64,000 bases of DNA from a virus. Its lineage: Duplodnaviria; Heunggongvirae; Uroviricota; Caudoviricetes. Below are positions 10,417 through 19,249 of this stretch, piece by piece. Both the position numbers and the translations under genes were made by a program. Location: IMG/VR virus record IMGVR_UViG_2660238201_000001, positions 3,579 through 67,578 of that record; one strand, 5' to 3'. Position 1 is the stretch's first letter; every line of letters begins with the position of its first letter. A model generated the notes under the pieces. That model searched no databases and was not told where the DNA came from. It saw only the letters and a program-made list of their open reading frames with translations.

Positions 10417-10976
10417 AGCGTGCGCCGCCGCCCGTTTTTCCTCGCGCGTGTGCGCACGCGTGTTTATACATATTTATTTTCAATGAATTACTTCCCAGAT
10501 CGGGTTTATTTTTACCTGAACTGAGCGAACGAAGTGAGTGAAGTTCACCTCGAACGAAGTGAGAGGTTGTCTTTTCAGGTAATACTCTCCCAGGGAGGTG
10601 AGTAAAAAATCCTCACCAACCTGGTCGTTTCATAACCTGAAAAGTTATGACCTAAGTCTACTGCCAGCTTAGGCTTGGGAAGTTATGGATGACAGCACCC
10701 CAGAACCGAGATCTTCCCACACTTCATGAAGGGGAGTACTGGATTCAACCTCTCAAAATACCCAGACTCGACAATCATAAAGTGACCCTTCTCTCTGCCC
10801 ACTTTGGTTCCCCCTTCCCCAGACCCCAAAAGGGCTGGTTCTGCGCTGGTTGTGGGCTTTTTTAAGTCTGGTGCCAGTGACGCTATCCTCCACCCACCAG
10901 ACCGAGATTTCGACTCAGGTCGAAATCGACATCATTCTACAACCACTATGATACATCGTAAACGGTAACTACTTAC

Positions 10977-11234
10977 TTACTTTCCTGACTGATCATTTTG
11001 TCTACCATGAAGCTGAACTTGCAGAGCAAAAACCTCGTTGATTAGCTCGCCAAGGAGCTGCTCAATCAGGTCTTTGTGTTCGCCAGTGTGCAAACATTTC
11101 AGTGACCACTCGTAAAGACTGAATGCCTTTTCACGATCCTTCATGAGTTCGCGAGCGTTAGCCAAAAAATCGCTCTCAACGAGCGCTACAACGTTGGTCG
11201 GGTATGCCATGATGGTTTCCTTACTTGTCTTCAC
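10977..11234 (-). CDS. hypothetical protein (85 aa)
   Basis: ORF downstream of the repeated element at 11321-11385. Confidence 0.4.
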   Translation of the reverse strand: MKTSKETIMAYPTNVVALVESDFLANARELMKDREKAFSLYEWSLKCLHTGEHKDLIEQLLGELINEVFALQVQLHGRQNDQSGK

Positions 11235-11407
11235 AAAAACGATTCTATAGCGTCTGGAAAGGGGTTCCAGAGTGGTCTGGGCGTCTTGTTTCGGTCTGGG
11301 AGTGGTCTGGAATCGACAAGGAAAAGCCTGCTTTCGTATATGTTTATAATTAGTACTTAGTTATTTATATATACGAAAGCAGGTTATGAAACGCTCCCAG
11401 ACTCGGA

Positions 11408-12013
11408 TTAAGCAGCCTGTTTCCGTGGTCTTTTTTTCCTGATCACTTTGGCAGGATCGTAACCACCCAGACTTTTCATCACCGTCAGCGGGACTTTATT
11501 CATGAAGTGACCAGCGTTCTGACAGAATCCGCGAAAGACCACCAGCATACTTCCGCCAGGGTTGATATTGACCTCAACCAAACCCAAAGTGACGTCTGGT
11601 TCCATGAACGCTACGCGGCCGCCAGACAGAACTACCGTCTGGTTTGCGCACTCGGTGGCGCGCTCATACCACATCGTGTCGAGCGATTGCGGAATGAGCA
11701 TAACGGTGGTTACACCACGCGCTTGCTCTCGGATAGCCGCCTCTATCCAGGGGGTTATTTTGGAGTAGGGCGGGTTGAGAAAGGCCACCGTACCAGGATC
11801 ACCCCAGCTGGACTTAAGAGCATCTCGTTCCACACCTATGTAGCTCGGAAGAAGCGCGTTTTCTTTGTTACAGGCGACATCAACATCAAACGTAATGCCG
11901 AGATATCGCTGAATGGCGACAAACAACCATTTCGGTGTGCGCCAAAGGTCTCGAAGAGAGGCATCTCGCTCTCGCTTTTTGATTTTTTCGGCTGCTATCA
12001 TTTTACAATCCAA
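11408..12013 (-). CDS. phage-type DNA N6-adenine methyltransferase (Dam family)
   Basis: LWRTPKWLF near the N-terminus and FLNPPYS match the small phage Dam methyltransferase family. Confidence 0.7.
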   Translation of the reverse strand: MDCKMIAAEKIKKRERDASLRDLWRTPKWLFVAIQRYLGITFDVDVACNKENALLPSYIGVERDALKSSWGDPGTVAFLNPPYSKITPWIEAAIREQARGVTTVMLIPQSLDTMWYERATECANQTVVLSGGRVAFMEPDVTLGLVEVNINPGGSMLVVFRGFCQNAGHFMNKVPLTVMKSLGGYDPAKVIRKKRPRKQAA

Positions 12014-12070
12014 TAGGTAAGTACTTACCTATTTTTTCATGTCATTTTACGAATGGCAAATAAAGAAAAA

Positions 12071-12114
12071 ACACGCCAGATTGCTTAACGGGAGACGCTC
12101 TGGCGTGTTTTTTA
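12071..12114. terminator. bidirectional intrinsic terminator
   Basis: The stem acacgccaga...tctggcgtgt is flanked by an A-run on one side and a T-run on the other. Confidence 0.5.
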
Positions 12115-12185
12115 CTGTTGGGGCATACGAATAACTGTCCAACGCTCTAAAACTATCAGGGGGCTTCAGAGCGCGAAACGGATCG

Positions 12186-13019
12186 TCAGCCAATGGAATA
12201 CTCCGCGATAAATTTCCTTACGATCGGGGACTCTTCATTAAGAAGCAATCTTCCACCATCCCTCGTAGCGATTCCCGTGACTGGGAAAACAGCCATCATC
12301 TGGCCAGCCTGAGTCGACGCGGTGCTGAGTGGATATGGCTTTTCCGGATAGCTCATTAACGCCAGCTTAATGCTATTGCTGCTTGCCTCTTTTGTGTCAA
12401 TAAGATGCCGCAATGCAATCACCGTGTAGATGCTGATATCCGGTCCGCCATTGAACCAATTTAGCAGGTTAGAGATCTTGTCTTTTGCCTTGACCGGCGC
12501 CGAATTCAGAGCTTCGATAAAGACCTCACGTTTCAGGCCAGCCGCAGCATAAAAATCATCGCCCTTTTCGTTCAGACTGAATCGAGGCTTGGGTGCTGCG
12601 CGCTCTTTTTTCGCTGCCTTCGACTCTTTTGGCTGAGCCGCAACTGACGATTCTTTGGCGTGTTTCTCCTTTTTTTCATCAGTCTGAGGTTTATCACCCT
12701 GTGTCGAGTCGATCTTAGGAAGAGGGGAGATCGACTCGACTTGAGGTATCTCAACATCAACCACCTTCAGCGACTCATGTTCGTTTTCCAACTCTTCAAA
12801 CACACCGGTGAGATCGCCGCCGTCTTTCGCTTCCATTACAGTTTCAGCAACAGCCGGCACCGGCACGATCGTCTCATCGTTAAGATCTGCCAGCAGGTCG
12901 TCTATTTCGTCTCCTACAACGGCCTCCGAAGCCAGTTTTTCAGGCTCATCGAGCAGTTGCAGCATGGCGGTCAGCTCATCCAGATCATCTTTTTTGACTG
13001 TATTGTTGAGGTTGCTCAT
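12186..13019 (-). CDS. hypothetical acidic protein (277 aa)
   Basis: Long ORF whose N-terminal half is rich in D and E. Confidence 0.45.
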   Translation of the reverse strand: MSNLNNTVKKDDLDELTAMLQLLDEPEKLASEAVVGDEIDDLLADLNDETIVPVPAVAETVMEAKDGGDLTGVFEELENEHESLKVVDVEIPQVESISPLPKIDSTQGDKPQTDEKKEKHAKESSVAAQPKESKAAKKERAAPKPRFSLNEKGDDFYAAAGLKREVFIEALNSAPVKAKDKISNLLNWFNGGPDISIYTVIALRHLIDTKEASSNSIKLALMSYPEKPYPLSTASTQAGQMMAVFPVTGIATRDGGRLLLNEESPIVRKFIAEYSIG

Positions 13020-13144
13020 GTCTCTCTCCTTTACGTTGTGTGAGCGTTTATACGTTTTTGGGTTGAGAGCATTTTGTCAAAACCTATTAGGTGGAAAAGA
13101 AGTAAATACAGGCAGTTGGGATAATGAGAGGGGCGAAAGCGCCG

Positions 13145-13702
13145 TCAGGCGCTTTCGAATGGGAGCTTATAGAAGCCGTATTTTTCCCGTGCTTTGAAAA
13201 AGCAGTGCATCATCAGATCGGTATCATAGAGCGCGCTGTGCGCCTTAGTCTTGTCATAGACAAAACCCAATGAGAAGGCGAGTTCCTCCAGTCGCGGCCG
13301 TTTGCCGTCTTCTGTCGCCCATAATCCGGATAACATAGTGTCCACAAGAGGCAGCTCTGGGAGAGTGACGCCGTACTCTGCAAATTCATGGCGAATAAAG
13401 GGGAGGTCGAACGCTTCACCATTGTGAGCAACCAAAACGCTTGCATCGCTAATATAGCGAGCGATTTTACCGGCATGTTCAGACAATAGTGGCTCTGCGG
13501 AAAGATCTTCCAGCGAAATGCCATGCACTGCCTGGGCTTTTGGATCGATACTCCGCCGCGGGTTAAAACGCATCGCCAGGCTATCGATGTGCTTCTGGGT
13601 CTCCAGCTCATAGCGGGTAATGGCTATTTCAATAATCTTGTGGTTAGCCCTAAAGTCCAACCCTGTAGATTCAATATCAAGCCCAGCAACAATAGTTGTC
13701 AT
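13145..13702 (-). CDS. DEDDh 3'-5' exonuclease (DnaQ/epsilon-like)
   Basis: Exo I (GLDIESTGLD), Exo II (LVAHNGEAFDLPF) and Exo III (HSALYDTD) motifs are all present. Confidence 0.75.
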   Translation of the reverse strand: MTTIVAGLDIESTGLDFRANHKIIEIAITRYELETQKHIDSLAMRFNPRRSIDPKAQAVHGISLEDLSAEPLLSEHAGKIARYISDASVLVAHNGEAFDLPFIRHEFAEYGVTLPELPLVDTMLSGLWATEDGKRPRLEELAFSLGFVYDKTKAHSALYDTDLMMHCFFKAREKYGFYKLPFESA

Positions 13703-13711
13703 AACTACTCC

Positions 13712-14131
13712 TTACAGCTTTTTGGCACCTTTAAGCAGTGCGCTACGCACGAATTGAGCTGCTTTTTTGATGGTCTCCTCCTGCGATTCGCACTCTACCG
13801 GCGCACGCCACTCACCAGTGGTGACGTTGAGAATGCGAATTTCATTGGTATCCAGACAAATCGACACATACAGAACAGTGCCGGCAGCCATTTTGATATG
13901 CATGGGGAAGATAGGTCGCTTGCCGCGTTCGCTGAACTGGGACATTGCCACATTCAGAACCTCTCCCACATCATCGCCTACCAATCCCTGAACGGACTCA
14001 AAAACAGCTCTGATAGCCAGCCTGGCCTCTCGTTCTGTCATCAGCGATCGGGACTGCTCGTCTGCGATGCGTGTCAGCGCCTCTATCGTTTTACGATCTA
14101 ACTCATCAGCCAGAGATATTTCGCCTAACAT
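13712..14131 (-). CDS. hypothetical protein (139 aa)
   Basis: ORF in the minus-strand array. Confidence 0.45.
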   Translation of the reverse strand: MLGEISLADELDRKTIEALTRIADEQSRSLMTEREARLAIRAVFESVQGLVGDDVGEVLNVAMSQFSERGKRPIFPMHIKMAAGTVLYVSICLDTNEIRILNVTTGEWRAPVECESQEETIKKAAQFVRSALLKGAKKL

Positions 14132-14194
14132 TCTGTTTTCCTGAAACTATTTTTGGTGACGTTATTCTGGCATTCCTTCACAGGGGAACAAGAA

Positions 14195-14845
14195 TCAGTG
14201 GAAGGTGACGCGATTTGAGATACGGCTCTCTATACGTTCCACATGGCGGTCGATTACTCGCATGATCGAGCGTGCTCTTGCGTCAACGGAAATGCAGGTT
14301 TCCGACAGGACGAAAACCTGCAGATCTCCGGATTTGGCCAGAGAGTTAATTTTTGTCAGCTCGCCACACATCAACGAGTCGATACGAGCGACATAAAGGC
14401 GATCAAGCGAACCTCTCTGGGCACGTTCATAATCTTGTGCTCTCAAATTCACGCCCGGGCGCAGCCCCGCAATGGCATTAAAATTGGACAACGCGGTCTT
14501 GTGGCAAAAACGCTCAATTTCCAGCGCCAGATCAATACATCGTTGGTCATTGGTCTGGCCGACCAAATCGAGCGTATAAGCCATCACATCAGCAGGCGTA
14601 CGGTCTATTACAAAGCCTTCCGCTCCGCGTGTTACCAGCTCAATATGGCGGGCAACTTCCATCTGCACCTGCAGACGCTCAAAGAGCGGCATTGGATCGC
14701 CTACGTTGACTCCAAGCCTTGTCATCAGTGCGCCGACGCCAGCATCCACATACGGAATCCCGTAATGCTCGTCGATAAACTTTGCCAGGGTTGTTTTTCC
14801 ACTGCCCTGAGCGCCAGTGATCCCAATTCGGTAATCCATTACCAC
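14195..14845 (-). CDS. P-loop nucleotide kinase (dNMP-kinase-like)
   Basis: Walker A motif GITGAQGSGKTTLAKF. Its start overlaps the DHFR stop and it sits in a nucleotide-metabolism cluster. Confidence 0.5.
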   Translation of the reverse strand: MVMDYRIGITGAQGSGKTTLAKFIDEHYGIPYVDAGVGALMTRLGVNVGDPMPLFERLQVQMEVARHIELVTRGAEGFVIDRTPADVMAYTLDLVGQTNDQRCIDLALEIERFCHKTALSNFNAIAGLRPGVNLRAQDYERAQRGSLDRLYVARIDSLMCGELTKINSLAKSGDLQVFVLSETCISVDARARSIMRVIDRHVERIESRISNRVTFH

Positions 14846-15315
14846 CTTCTGTAAACAATCTGTTTGAAGCCGGGCTCATCCTCCGTTCCCCGTTGTGTAT
14901 GAGCCGTTAACACAGGAAAGAAGCCGAGATTACGCATCATTTGCCGCGGAAAATGAGCATCACTGTCAGGAACGTCTACGCCCATATGCGATAACCAGAG
15001 TTCCTCGACGTGAGGCAGAAACAGAGAATAGATCTGCGCACCGCCGATAACCCAAACGGGACCATCAAGCTGCATTACATCGTCCATAGTGGCAGGGTAA
15101 AAACCATTGGGCATGAACCCAGATGAGCGCGTCAGAACGACGTTGTGGCGCTCCGGAAGCGGGCGCTTAAGACTTTCCATTGTCTTTCTGCCCATGACGA
15201 CTGTGGCGTTTGTGGTGAGCTCCCTGAACAGTTTTAACTCTGAGGGGCAGCGCCAGGGGAGTTCGTTTCCTCTACCGATCTCATAATTGCGACCGACAGC
15301 TGCAATCATCTTCAT
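14839..15315 (-). CDS. frd: dihydrofolate reductase
   Basis: MIAAVGRNYEIGRGNELPW and VVMGRKT match the classic DHFR N-terminus at a DHFR-like length of 158 aa. Confidence 0.8.
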   Translation of the reverse strand: MKMIAAVGRNYEIGRGNELPWRCPSELKLFRELTTNATVVMGRKTMESLKRPLPERHNVVLTRSSGFMPNGFYPATMDDVMQLDGPVWVIGGAQIYSLFLPHVEELWLSHMGVDVPDSDAHFPRQMMRNLGFFPVLTAHTQRGTEDEPGFKQIVYRRW

Positions 15316-15725
15316 TGAGACACCTCATACAATACCGGGCGCTGGTGGAAACCAGACAGAGCGGCTCGTAGGCGTGACGAACTCACCAGTGCCGCGATCA
15401 TCAGATCATCTTTATGCGCGGCAAGCGTGCGCTTTATATGGGTTTCGTAATTGACTCCACGTGGTGCCAGGTGCAGCCAGTCATAATCAATGCCGAAATC
15501 TCTCAGCCATTTTTTGGTTGCGCTTTCGAGCGCTTCCGGACGGTGGCTGATAAGCACCACTTCAGCACCGGAGCGAGCAAAGCCACGCAACATGCGGCTG
15601 GTGGGGAATATGAGCTCATCACCTGCAACGAGAGTGTCTGCGTTTTCATCAGCAGCGGCTTTACGATGGCCGGCTCTCGCCAGCACATCTTCAATTTCAC
15701 ATAACACATACATGCCTCTGGCCAT
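15312..15725 (-). CDS. hypothetical protein, start reassigned to MARGMYV (137 aa)
   Basis: The ORF-track N-terminus overlaps thyA out of frame. An internal ATG at 15725 gives a TGAtATG coupling with the thyA stop. Confidence 0.4.
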   Translation of the reverse strand: MARGMYVLCEIEDVLARAGHRKAAADENADTLVAGDELIFPTSRMLRGFARSGAEVVLISHRPEALESATKKWLRDFGIDYDWLHLAPRGVNYETHIKRTLAAHKDDLMIAALVSSSRLRAALSGFHQRPVLYEVSQ

Positions 15726-15726
15726 A

Positions 15727-16830
15727 TCACACCGCCACTGGAGCCTTAATCCATGGAAGTGGTTCGTAGCCGAAGATCTGCACGCCGTCCCATTTGAAGT
15801 CATCCAGCTCTTCCCATTCGTGCGGGAAGACGACGATGGGGTCGGACGACTCCGGATGTTCGCGAGCCAGTAGCTCTTCAACCTGCTCCAAGTGGTTGTT
15901 GTAAATGTGAACATCAAAGCCGAAATGGACGAAGGCGCCAGCCATGTGACCCGTAATCTTCGCAATGAACTGCGTGAGGATGCCGTAACCGGCAATATTG
16001 AATGGCATACCAAGGAAAGTATCGACACTCCGCTGCACCAGGCAGGAGTTCAGGATACGTTTAGGGATACCAAGCTCATCCAGCATTGGCTCAGAGATAC
16101 TGCCTCGCTGCTCTATCAGGCAAAGCATCTGGGTATAGATCGATTCATAGCCATGCCGGTTATGCTGGATGCCAATATCGGTGGCCATAGACAAACGGGT
16201 CTGGAAATCGAGCTCACGACTCCATACGGATAACACAAAGTGGCAAGGTGGAAGCTTCATATCCTCCAGCTCACCAACATTCCAGGCATTAAGCAGGATG
16301 CGGCGATCGGTCGGGTTGTTGCGCAACTGATCAACCATACGTTGTAACTGATCGATTTCACGGGTGATAACGACGCGGTCTTCATTCAGCCCAATGTAAC
16401 CTTCAACGCGATAACCACGTTCCATGAAGATGTCCTCCTTAAGGCGATACTCACTGTAAGGGACAATCCTGGTGTCCTCCCATCGGCGCCATTGCTTGCC
16501 ATATACAGGCCCTAAATCGCCATTATCGTCGGCCCAAGCATCCCAGATCTTCACACCATGCTCTTTAAGGAACCCAATGTTGCCTGAACCTTGTAAATAC
16601 CATTCAAGCTCAACCAGTAGCGGTTTAAGGTTTACCTGTTTTGAAGAAATGAGCGGAACAGCCCCGCCGGTAAGCATGTAGTAGGAAGGCACATAAGAAA
16701 CGCCAAGCGTACCGGTGCCGGTGCGATCTTCGGAAGGAACGCCGGTATCAACAACGGTCTGAATGACACGGCCATAAGAGCTCGAAGCCAGCTGACCGTT
16801 ACTGAATTCTCGATTAAGTAAAAAAGACAA
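15727..16830 (-). CDS. thyA: thymidylate synthase (ThyA) with two ~40-50 aa insertions
   Basis: DRTGTGTL, IWDAWADDNGDLGPVYGKQWRRW, DRRILLNAWNVGEL, LPPCH, DTFLGMPFNIAGYG and C-terminal IKAPVAV are near-identical to the bacterial ThyA core. The start is a TTG with a GAGGT SD. Extra segments lie at about aa 96-140 and 196-245. Confidence 0.85.
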   Translation of the reverse strand: MSFLLNREFSNGQLASSSYGRVIQTVVDTGVPSEDRTGTGTLGVSYVPSYYMLTGGAVPLISSKQVNLKPLLVELEWYLQGSGNIGFLKEHGVKIWDAWADDNGDLGPVYGKQWRRWEDTRIVPYSEYRLKEDIFMERGYRVEGYIGLNEDRVVITREIDQLQRMVDQLRNNPTDRRILLNAWNVGELEDMKLPPCHFVLSVWSRELDFQTRLSMATDIGIQHNRHGYESIYTQMLCLIEQRGSISEPMLDELGIPKRILNSCLVQRSVDTFLGMPFNIAGYGILTQFIAKITGHMAGAFVHFGFDVHIYNNHLEQVEELLAREHPESSDPIVVFPHEWEELDDFKWDGVQIFGYEPLPWIKAPVAV

Positions 16831-17023
16831 GATGACCTCAAATAATAAGTAAGTACATACCTATCATTTTAAACACAGAGAAGACATCCAGGCTAGAAAT
16901 TAAGTAAAAAAATGGTGGCCACGGGGCCACCAACGCTCAACTTTATCGAAAATAAAGATTGATAAGGATAGAAATGGACAATAGATCACACGTCCATTTC
17001 AATATATATTGATAAGTTAGTAC

Positions 17024-17899
17024 TTACAAGCTGTTTTTAACCACTTCATACAGCGAAGATGCCTGTGCTTGCTCAAGGAAACGAGACAGATAGACATCGC
17101 TATATGTCGGCGATTTAAGGATTTTTCCATCAGACAGGCGATAGCCGATCATCATGTCAGTGCCGTCAGCATGGCGGAATCCGAGATCATTCTTATCATA
17201 TTTACAGTTCTCAACGGCAAGACGACGCGCTTCAGCATCCGCCGGCCACAGCTTTGTCATATTAGAACGGTGGATCTCCGCCACCAGCTCCACGACGTCG
17301 ACGCCAAGGAATTCAGCCAGGCGATACACCATCATGCACGCCACATAGATTTTGTTCATCACGCGGCGCAGATCCTGAATCAGCTCAGCATCACCTACCT
17401 TGTTATGTTCAAGTTTATCGGCCAGCGCGGCCAACATAAGCGCAGCTTCTTCTGCTTCATTGAAGGGGATGGCCATATCGTCGAAGACGGTATTTCCAGG
17501 CACCATAATGGTATGAATAAAGCGATCGACGCTTTGCTCCTGAGTGTAATAGCTCATGCCAGTTGATAGCCCACCTTTGATGGCTACCATCGTCCCGACA
17601 CCCACATACAGGAAGTCAGCCATTGCATCCAGCAATCCCTGCATATCCCCCTTTTTCGCTGCAGGCAGCCCTTCTTCTACCGCCTCTTCATGGATCAGCT
17701 TAGCGCGCAGGCGCAGCAGCTCCGGAGTGGGCATTACACGACGCGGGTGCTGAAACAGCTCGTGGAACTGGTCAACCATCTTGTAAATACTCTCTGTCGC
17801 TTCTCCAAAACCGGGGTTCAGCTCATATGGCTCTGGTTTGAAGCCCACCAGTTTATCGGTGGCCAGCTTGAGATGGTCGGTCAGTTTCGTTAATTTCAT
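17024..17899 (-). CDS. putative all-alpha NTP pyrophosphohydrolase (MazG/dimeric dUTPase-like)
   Basis: The segment EEAVEEG...LLDAMADFLYVGVG resembles a MazG-type EExxE...D helix. It lies between nrdB and thyA. Confidence 0.4.
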   Translation of the reverse strand: MKLTKLTDHLKLATDKLVGFKPEPYELNPGFGEATESIYKMVDQFHELFQHPRRVMPTPELLRLRAKLIHEEAVEEGLPAAKKGDMQGLLDAMADFLYVGVGTMVAIKGGLSTGMSYYTQEQSVDRFIHTIMVPGNTVFDDMAIPFNEAEEAALMLAALADKLEHNKVGDAELIQDLRRVMNKIYVACMMVYRLAEFLGVDVVELVAEIHRSNMTKLWPADAEARRLAVENCKYDKNDLGFRHADGTDMMIGYRLSDGKILKSPTYSDVYLSRFLEQAQASSLYEVVKNSL

Positions 17900-17976
17900 G
17901 CTTTATCTTTCCTTAGTGCTTTTTTTCGCGTTCATTGTGGCCCAGAGCGACCAGGCCACAAAATCTTTATCCAGGC

Positions 17977-19119
17977 TTACAAATCGGCAAACTGGCTTAG
18001 GCCAGCGCGATCAACAGCGGAGTCAATCTGGCCAACGAGATAAGTGCTTTGCTCAGCTTCCTGCGGTGCAATCTGCAAGGTGTCGGACAACAGCCATTTG
18101 TTCATCCACACCAGCGGGTCATCTTTTATCTCCGGGTACAGTGGTTTCAGGCCAAGACGGCGCATCGCAAGATTGGTTCGGTATTTAACATAGCTTTTCA
18201 GGATATCGGCGTTTAAACCAATCATTGAGCCGTCTTTAAACAGATAATCTGCCCAGCGCATTTCCTGTTCGGCAACGTCCATCATGGTCTGATAGATGAA
18301 TGGTTCCTCATCCGCAGCGATCTGGGCCCATAGCAAGCCTTCGCGGCCTGTACGCATAAACCGGAGCATTCGTTCTGTGCCTTCGCAATGAAGCGCCTCA
18401 TCGCGCGCAATGAAACGCATGATTTTGGTGTTGCCCTCAAGTAATTTCCTTTCTCCAAAAGCAAACGTACAGGCGAAGCTAACGTAAAAACGAATGGCCT
18501 CCAGAGCGTTGATGGATACCAAAGTACGGAACAGCTGGCGCTGGAGAGGGTAGGGCTTTCCGTCAAATTCGGAGACGTAGAGCCGTTCGAATTCATCTTC
18601 TCCCAGGTGCTGGCGCGCGCAGGTCATCTCATAGAGCTTGTCGTACTCTGTAGAGATACTGATAGCCCGGCTGATAATTTCCTCGTCGGTCACAATGCCA
18701 TCGAAGACAATGCTCGGATCATCCACCATACCGCGAATAATGTGGGTGTAGCTGCGGCTGTGAATGGTTTCAGAGAACGACCATGTTTCCACCCACGTTT
18801 CGAGCTCTGGAATTGAAATAAGCGGCAGCAGCGTTGCGTTTGGGCTGCGTCCCTGAACGGAATCCAGCAGAGTCTGGTAACGGAGGTTGCTCAGGAAAAT
18901 GTGTCGCTCATGCTCTTGCAGCTTCGTATTGAAATCGATGCGATCGGTGGTTATGTCGACTTCTTCCGGGCGCCAGAAGAAGGAGAGTTGTTTTTCGATC
19001 AGCTTTTCGAAATCGCGGTACTTCTGCTGATCGTAGCGCGCAACGTTGACAGACTGCCCGAGGAACATAGGCTCTTTGGTTGCGTCGTTAGCGCCCAAAC
19101 GGAAAGTGGAGTAACTCAT
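17977..19119 (-). CDS. nrdB: ribonucleotide reductase class Ia beta subunit
   Basis: Full-length R2-like protein of 380 aa with ferritin-like iron ligands (E..H pairs) and an R1-binding C-terminus. Confidence 0.9.
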   Translation of the reverse strand: MSYSTFRLGANDATKEPMFLGQSVNVARYDQQKYRDFEKLIEKQLSFFWRPEEVDITTDRIDFNTKLQEHERHIFLSNLRYQTLLDSVQGRSPNATLLPLISIPELETWVETWSFSETIHSRSYTHIIRGMVDDPSIVFDGIVTDEEIISRAISISTEYDKLYEMTCARQHLGEDEFERLYVSEFDGKPYPLQRQLFRTLVSINALEAIRFYVSFACTFAFGERKLLEGNTKIMRFIARDEALHCEGTERMLRFMRTGREGLLWAQIAADEEPFIYQTMMDVAEQEMRWADYLFKDGSMIGLNADILKSYVKYRTNLAMRRLGLKPLYPEIKDDPLVWMNKWLLSDTLQIAPQEAEQSTYLVGQIDSAVDRAGLSQFADL

Positions 19120-19249
19120 GTGTTTCCCTTTGAATGTTATCGGTATTATTAAACAATTTAATTAGATGCGCTTCTAAACAAATTATTATCTTATTGGTTA
19201 AAATGAGGCATTCAATGAAGTGAAAGGTGGGGATATCTCCCCACGCTTA

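Noticed and set aside
15726-16028. N-terminal 101 aa of ORF 15312..16028
   Set aside because: It overlaps the thyA coding sequence in another frame. The real start is the internal ATG at 15725, coupled to the thyA stop.
19228-19246. Hairpin gtggggatatctccccac downstream of nrdA as a terminator
   Set aside because: It is followed only by a short CTTTC tract. It may still be a weak terminator but is not reported as a feature.
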